DNA from: Candidatus Coatesbacteria bacterium
Lineage (GTDB): Bacteria > JAFGND01
DNA length: 33,791 nt
Direction: 5' to 3'
Assembly (NCBI GenBank): GCA_016927185.1
Contig: JAFGND010000091.1
Location: 1-33,791 of the forward strand
In this document: positions 28,633-33,791 of the stretch, piece after piece
Numbering within the stretch: position 1 is the first letter of the stretch
Layout: each line of letters begins with the position of its first letter
Notes under the pieces: generated by a model
The model's input: the letters and a program-made list of their open reading frames with translations, nothing else
Database searches by the model: none
What the model was told of the DNA's origin: nothing
Translations under genes and position numbers: made by a program

Positions 28633-28847
28633 ATTCTTCCTCCTATTTCATTTTATGTATTAAAATGCAATCCAGTAAAAAAAGTCAAGGAAAATATGCT
28701 GTGTGTCAATTTTTAAATGATTTATTATTTTTGAAATGGCTATAGTAATCGTTTTATAATAATATATTATAGTGAGATTAAAAATTTTTTTGCTGCAATC
28801 AAGAACTTGCGGGTAGGTATTGTTTTAAAAAATGGTTACTTTTGCTT

Positions 28848-28867
28848 AATTCCTGTTGACAGGAATT
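28848..28867. promoter_or_regulatory. Perfect palindrome overlapping a TTGACA -35 box (candidate operator)
   Basis: AATTCCTGT-TG-ACAGGAATT; TTGACA at 28856-28861, about 50 nt upstream of the GNAT start. Confidence 0.5.
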
Positions 28868-28911
28868 GCGTTATCTATAAATAAAACAATAAGCAAGAAT
28901 TGGAGGAATGT

Positions 28912-29880
28912 ATGAATAAGTCATTGCTTTTGAAAGAGATTATCAAGCTTCAGAAACTGCGTGCAGAGAAGGCAAAGAATATAATAGGAATGGCTATTCA
29001 AAATCCAGTAAAGGCAAGGAGTTTTTACCAGGAAATTCTGGAATCAACCAATAATTATATCAGGTATCAGACAACTAACTATGAACTTGATTTATATTTC
29101 ATTGCTTATAAAACCAAATCCCAGTTTTCATTAGAGGAATTCTATTCACTGATTCCTTTTTTCTCAGTTCACACTTTGCCTCCTGAATACTATTTGTTCC
29201 AGATTCTTGATATATTCGATTTTTTCAATGCGAAGAAAGGTGAGGAAATCAGGGTAAAGCTTTTCCTTCATGAAAAAGACAAGATTTCTGTATTCAATGA
29301 GATAGGTTTTCATCCTTTTTCATATAGCATGATAGGATCAACTGAAGATGGCATGAATTGCATAAAAGAGGAACTGAAAGATTTGAATGAAGAAGTTGAG
29401 ATTTATAATATGTCTTTCAACAGGGATTACAAGACTTCTGTTGAGCAGCTATTTAATTTATCTTTCGAGAATGAACCAGAGAACTGGGAGTTCCCGCTTA
29501 ATCCTTCTTACAAGGATTTCCTGAGGAAAAGAGAGACAAAGATTGCATCAATGAAGGAAGAAGGATTGCAGATACTTACCAAAGTGGATAAAAAGCCTGT
29601 TGGATATATAAGTGCATATATTGACAGAGCAGAGTTATTCCCCCAGGACACGGGAATTATTTTCGAAATGGTTATACATCCTGATTATCATAATTCAAAA
29701 GTCAGATACATGCTTTACAATGAGGCGTTGCAGTTCTTCAAGAAGCATAACATGAATTACTTCTTTGGTACATCCGGATCAAAGAATGTTCTTGCTCTTG
29801 CTCATAAGCTTCACAGAAAGGTTTTTTCACTCTCCATGAGACTTGTTTATAGTCCAGATTTAAGAGACAGAAAATTATAG
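28912..29880 (+). CDS. GNAT-fold acetyltransferase-like protein
   Basis: C-terminal KPVGYISAY…GIIFEMVIHPDYH…MLYNEALQFFKKH; GGAGG at 28902-28906 supports ATG 28912. Confidence 0.7.
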   Translation: MNKSLLLKEIIKLQKLRAEKAKNIIGMAIQNPVKARSFYQEILESTNNYIRYQTTNYELDLYFIAYKTKSQFSLEEFYSLIPFFSVHTLPPEYYLFQILDIFDFFNAKKGEEIRVKLFLHEKDKISVFNEIGFHPFSYSMIGSTEDGMNCIKEELKDLNEEVEIYNMSFNRDYKTSVEQLFNLSFENEPENWEFPLNPSYKDFLRKRETKIASMKEEGLQILTKVDKKPVGYISAYIDRAELFPQDTGIIFEMVIHPDYHNSKVRYMLYNEALQFFKKHNMNYFFGTSGSKNVLALAHKLHRKVFSLSMRLVYSPDLRDRKL

Positions 29881-29930
29881 GGAATTTTTCAATATATCAA
29901 AGATACTTATAATAAATGGAAAGGAGAGAG

Positions 29931-30956
29931 ATGAAAAACGCTCTTTATTTACTTATATTTTCGCTTGTCCTGATGTTTTCATGCGGGAGCATGGCAAAAA
30001 AATCAGAGAAGCAATCAACATCTTCTTATAAAAACAAGGTAATGTCAGATGAATTTGAAAGAAATGAAGATGCAGCTCCAGCACCATCAGTAGCCAATAA
30101 ACCTCAGGAAGAAAGGCTTGCCAGAGAGGGAAAAAATGTTGACAAGTCAGTCATGCAGAGAAAAGGGAATATAGAGCCCGGAGCCACAGATAAAGCTCCA
30201 GTAGAGAGAAAACTGATTTATACAGCTGATCTGACTATTGAAGTCCAGAAATTCGATCCTGTTCAGGATAAGATTTCTGAAACAGTCAAGAATCTTGGGG
30301 GATATATTGCCAACAGTACAATAAGGCTTGGTTCAAGAGAAGAGAAAAGCGGGACAATTATTGTAAAGATTCCTGCTCTTCAATTTGACAGAGCTATTTC
30401 GATTTTTTCAGGTCTTGGTACTGTAAAACAAAAGAATGTTAAAGGTCAGGATGTTACTGAAGAATATTTTGATACTGAGGCAAGACTCAAGTCTGCTGAG
30501 ATGCTCAAGGAACGCTATGAAAAGCTGCTTGATAAGGCAAAGGATATAAAAGACATGCTGACTATTGAGCATGAGATAAACAGGATACAGACTGAGATTG
30601 AAAGACAGCAAGGTCATTTAAAACTTCTCAACAACCTGGTTTCTTTCAGCACAATAACCTTGAATGTAGGGGAACCATCGGTTGTAGTTCAGCATGAAAA
30701 AGGATTCTTTGGAATCTTGAAGGATTCAATAAGAGACTTGCTTGAGAATCTCGTGAAATCAATTGCTGGATTTATTGCTTCACTGGGAGTCTTGATTCCA
30801 TTTGCAGTACTTATAGTTGTTGCTTTCTATGTAATAAGATTTCTGTACAGAAGGATAAAGAAGTCTGCAATGAAACAGAAAGCAAAGGAAGAGGTATACA
30901 AGGATAAACTCAAGGAAGATTTGAAAGCAAAAGAAGCTTCTGGAAACAAGGAATAA
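29931..30956 (+). CDS. DUF4349-domain lipoprotein
   Basis: Lipobox MFS-C, RKLIYTADLTIEV, GGYI, QDVTEEYFDTEARL, STITL, C-terminal TM helix; AGGAG RBS before ATG 29931. Confidence 0.9.
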   Translation: MKNALYLLIFSLVLMFSCGSMAKKSEKQSTSSYKNKVMSDEFERNEDAAPAPSVANKPQEERLAREGKNVDKSVMQRKGNIEPGATDKAPVERKLIYTADLTIEVQKFDPVQDKISETVKNLGGYIANSTIRLGSREEKSGTIIVKIPALQFDRAISIFSGLGTVKQKNVKGQDVTEEYFDTEARLKSAEMLKERYEKLLDKAKDIKDMLTIEHEINRIQTEIERQQGHLKLLNNLVSFSTITLNVGEPSVVVQHEKGFFGILKDSIRDLLENLVKSIAGFIASLGVLIPFAVLIVVAFYVIRFLYRRIKKSAMKQKAKEEVYKDKLKEDLKAKEASGNKE

Positions 30957-30962
30957 AAATAG

Positions 30963-31002
30963 ATAAATCGGGCTAGCTTCTTCTAGTCCGATTTGTTTTT
31001 TC
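30963..31002 (+). terminator. Rho-independent terminator after the DUF4349 gene, overlapping the 3' end of the convergent gene
   Basis: AAATCGGGCTAG-CTTCTT-CTAGTCCGATTT (12 bp, one G-U) followed by GTTTTTT. Confidence 0.75.
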
Positions 31003-32305
31003 TGAGATAAGCTGAAATTCTTTTTGCAAGCCTTAATGTTCTTATCGGTAATTTTCTTTCGAAACTTGTTATCCTGTTTTCAAGTTTTCTTATCTTGGTA
31101 TCAATTTCCTTTTCACGTTTGCTTAGTTTTTTCATCCAATCAAGTTTTGATATTATCAGTGATTTTCTTGTCTCTAGATCATCATCCAGTATGTCAATAT
31201 TCGCTTGCCAGTAAGAGATGTATTTTCTTTTTTTCAGCTTATATGGAGATATGAAAAAATCACATAAAGGTTTTATTACTTTTTTTCTCAAGAATTTCTC
31301 TGCTATCAATCTTGATGCTGATGCACCCTTGTTTTTTATTATTTCAGGATTCTGTTTTATCTCATTCAATATTCTAAGTAGTGTCTTCATATCACCGTAT
31401 TTCATGAGCCATCCAGTATCGAATTTTCTTATATATTCTGCTATCTGAAGGCTTTCAAGGGCAATTACAGGGAGTCCTGACCACATCATTTCAAGAGCAA
31501 CAGTAGTTATTCCTCTTCTTGTTTCATTATCCTGGTGCATGAGATTTACGCCAACATCAGAGCATGCATATTTCTTCAGAACTTCATTTCTTGATGAAAG
31601 CGGAAATACGGAAAGCCCTCCATACTCCTTGTATTCATTCGAGAAAATGCTTACCATGCCTATTTTCTGTTTATCACAGAATTCCGCTATGGTCCTTACA
31701 TAATCTTCTGATTTTTTCCAGTGCCATAAGAAGCCTGCATATATGAAGTTTATCTCTTTCTGGCTGCACTGCTTTATGAATGGAAAAGGCTGTGGAAAGC
31801 CCATTGGAATATAATTGATATTAGCGAATTTGGGATCTATGTCAGCAGAGAAAAGATACGGGAAAAAGTACATATCCACTCCTCTAGGAGCAGAGCTTGT
31901 GAAAAAATCAGCTTTGGAGAGAGCTTTGGTTTTAAGAGTGAAATCACGTCTGTAATCCACTGTTCCCTTGTAGTTGTTTTCAATAACAACTGCACCATGA
32001 AAATCGACAGCAACTGGAAGATCAATCTCTGAATGAAAGAACAATAGTGGATACCAGCTGATTGAAAGAATTCCATCAGGATTTATTTCTTCCAGTACCT
32101 TGTAACTTGTATAAGGTGTCAGGAATCTCAGATTCTCATGTTCATAATCAACTTTTTCATTTTCATCATGGCAGAATCCATAAATGATTTCAAATCCGTT
32201 TTCCTTAAGTCCTTCCCCGAACATCTCTGCCCTTATGCCTCCTCCTCTTACAGGAGTTTCGAAAAAAGGCAGGTTTTCAGTAGTCAGAATAAGGATTTTC
32301 TTCAT
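30983..32305 (-). CDS. GT-B glycosyltransferase (family 4-like) with C-terminal coiled coil
   Basis: KKILILT…GGGIRA, FIYAG, SDVGV…LEMMWSGLPVI…GWL. Confidence 0.8.
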   Translation of the reverse strand: MKKILILTTENLPFFETPVRGGGIRAEMFGEGLKENGFEIIYGFCHDENEKVDYEHENLRFLTPYTSYKVLEEINPDGILSISWYPLLFFHSEIDLPVAVDFHGAVVIENNYKGTVDYRRDFTLKTKALSKADFFTSSAPRGVDMYFFPYLFSADIDPKFANINYIPMGFPQPFPFIKQCSQKEINFIYAGFLWHWKKSEDYVRTIAEFCDKQKIGMVSIFSNEYKEYGGLSVFPLSSRNEVLKKYACSDVGVNLMHQDNETRRGITTVALEMMWSGLPVIALESLQIAEYIRKFDTGWLMKYGDMKTLLRILNEIKQNPEIIKNKGASASRLIAEKFLRKKVIKPLCDFFISPYKLKKRKYISYWQANIDILDDDLETRKSLIISKLDWMKKLSKREKEIDTKIRKLENRITSFERKLPIRTLRLAKRISAYLRKNKSD

Positions 32306-32886
32306 TTTATTTCGCTTTCAAGCAACTCGATTGTTTCATCCCATTTTCCATCACTTTCATTATCAACTCTTTTCAAGAGAAGCCCAACTTCTGGTGCATA
32401 AATCTCTTCTATTGTTTTTGTAAGCGTTTCTGTCTGGCAAGTAGAATGCAACATCTTGCAATGAAAGAATTTGCCAGCCTTGCATTCATAGTTATAATCG
32501 TCTTGCCAGACTGTAGTAATCCAGTAATTTTTGCCAATATAATAATCCCATTTTTGCTTGAAATATAGAGGATAATGCAGTAATTCCCTGTCTCTCTTCC
32601 AGTTATTCTCCCCGTCTTTGACAAGAAGCAGCACACTTTCGTTCTTGTTTGCATATGCACTGTCTTCATTGAAAACGTATATATTGAATGTATTCTCATA
32701 TCCTTTTTCTATCAAGTCTTTTATCTCCATAGTGAAATTGGTATCAGCTTTTTCATAAGTCCATTTATTTCCCAAACTCAAGGGCAGATAGCTATCATTA
32801 GACGAATTATCTGAACTATCTGTTTCACATGATATTGAGACAGCAACAAGCATGGTTACTAAAACTGCTGATAGATGTTTGAACAC
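32302..32886 (-). CDS. Hypothetical lipoprotein
   Basis: Lipobox SIS-C; YLPLSLGNKWTY … AGKF..C … YAPEVGLL motifs typical of FCB-group beta-sheet lipoproteins. Confidence 0.75.
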   Translation of the reverse strand: MFKHLSAVLVTMLVAVSISCETDSSDNSSNDSYLPLSLGNKWTYEKADTNFTMEIKDLIEKGYENTFNIYVFNEDSAYANKNESVLLLVKDGENNWKRDRELLHYPLYFKQKWDYYIGKNYWITTVWQDDYNYECKAGKFFHCKMLHSTCQTETLTKTIEEIYAPEVGLLLKRVDNESDGKWDETIELLESEIK

Positions 32887-32916
32887 TGCATTAAGCTATT
32901 TTTCAGGCAGCTTTTT

Positions 32917-33030
32917 GTAAAGAATTTTCACGTGATTGCAGTTCGTCCTGGTTATACCTATATACCTCAAGGTAGCAGGGAAGCTGCTATAAGAGCTGGT
33001 TATAGACCATGCAAGATTTGTAGACCATGA
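32917..33030 (+). pseudogene. Remnant of an Ada metal-binding (Zn) domain
   Basis: Frame reads …SREAAIRAGYRPCKICRP* (stop 33028-33030); the upstream Cys ligand is not in frame. Confidence 0.6.
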
Positions 33031-33034
33031 GAAT

Positions 33035-33065
33035 ATAAGAGCCCATGGGTTTCATGAGCCCTTAT
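33035..33065 (-). terminator. Hairpin downstream of the last gene
   Basis: Minus strand ATAAGGGCTCATG-AAACC-CATGGGCTCTTAT, 13 bp with two G-U pairs that form only on the minus-strand RNA; weak U-tract. Confidence 0.55.
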
Positions 33066-33088
33066 CCCAAACTAAAAGAAAATAGTTG

Positions 33089-33791
33089 TTACTTTAATTT
33101 TATTATTCTTCTGGTTTCAGAAGATGATTTAATAATATATACTCCTTCTCTCCAGCTGCTTGTATCAAGAGAATGTTTGCCTTTGTCTAGTTTCATAATA
33201 AGTTGACCAGTAAGGGAATAGATAGAAACAGAGGAAGAAGAGGAAATTGATAAATGGGAAGCAAAAGGATTTGGGGAAACTGAGAAATGCTTGTCTGGCA
33301 AGCATGAAGAAGAGTTTGAAGAAGAGAAACCAGTATTAGTAGAATAACAATGAATTCTGCTAAAATTTCCTAAAATAATATCACCATTAACATTCAGGCA
33401 CATTTCAGAATAAGGCATGTGATCAGTAAATGATTTTGTCCATAATGTATCTCCCTGTGAATTGTAGCATGCAAAATCATGTACATTGTAACCTCCATGA
33501 AAATAAGCAAATATATTGTTGTTCTTGTCTGTGATAACTGAATAGAAATTTGCCATTGTTATCCTGAATTTAACAGATCCTTCTGTAGTAAGCCCCCAAA
33601 GCCATTGACTGCCTGGAACTATTATGTCTCCATTTGCCTGTATTGCACAGATAGCTTGATTATAATTATTTCCAACTCCATCATATCTCCATTTCTCATT
33701 GCCGCTAAAGTCCCTGCAAATGAAATTCCCATTATCTATGTAATAAATGGAATTATTGCCTAAGGTTACTCCATTTTTTGTCTCCCCACTC
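33089..33791 (-). CDS. Partial (5' end outside the window) PQQ-like beta-propeller protein with short T9SS-type CTD
   Basis: Frame is open from the window edge (…DFSGNEKWRY…TTEGSVKF…NSQGDTLWT) through SPNPF…IYSLTGQ…WREGVYIIK; the track's ATG 33556 is internal. Confidence 0.85.
   Translation of the reverse strand, partial: SGETKNGVTLGNNSIYYIDNGNFICRDFSGNEKWRYDGVGNNYNQAICAIQANGDIIVPGSQWLWGLTTEGSVKFRITMANFYSVITDKNNNIFAYFHGGYNVHDFACYNSQGDTLWTKSFTDHMPYSEMCLNVNGDIILGNFSRIHCYSTNTGFSSSNSSSCLPDKHFSVSPNPFASHLSISSSSSVSIYSLTGQLIMKLDKGKHSLDTSSWREGVYIIKSSSETRRIIKLK

Noticed and set aside
28633-28899. tRNA-Sec or other structured RNA in the largest intergenic gap
   Set aside because: Very AT-rich, with no cloverleaf or T-loop motif; looks like a divergent promoter region
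1-33791. Genome-wide UGA reassignment (code 4 or 25) as the explanation for the two in-frame TGAs
   Set aside because: Long genes are free of internal TGA, TGG and GGA are used normally, and TGA terminates genes at tight junctions (5433-5435, 12842-12844, 32302-32304) and right before a terminator (16362-16364)

Overview
AT-rich, gene-dense bacterial chromosomal window using the standard code (TGA serves as a normal stop in several overlapping gene junctions). The lineage is probably FCB-related or a candidate phylum, inferred from four proteins with T9SS/Por-type C-terminal sorting domains. Recognisable genes are udp, recJ, selB, a ComF-family protein, a GT9 heptosyltransferase, a class I methyltransferase, a radical SAM/SPASM enzyme, a GNAT protein, a DUF4349 lipoprotein and a GT-B glycosyltransferase. 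The window also holds a 1279-aa TPR protein, a ~1735-aa pseudokinase-TPR-GAF-histidine kinase and several secreted beta-propeller proteins. The most interesting signal, missed by the ORF track, lies at 190-830. It consists of a 19-codon leader ORF ending in an arrest-like R-S-P-P-stop motif whose Pro-Pro codons (CCTCCT) are complementary to the next Shine-Dalgarno. That is followed by a lipoprotein gene (307-783) with an in-frame TGA-TGC (putative Sec-Cys) and a SECIS-like hairpin, in a genome that encodes SelB. A second gene with an in-frame TGA lies directly behind selB. No rRNA, tRNA, CRISPR array or mobile element was seen. All calls come from reading motifs by eye; no database searches were run.
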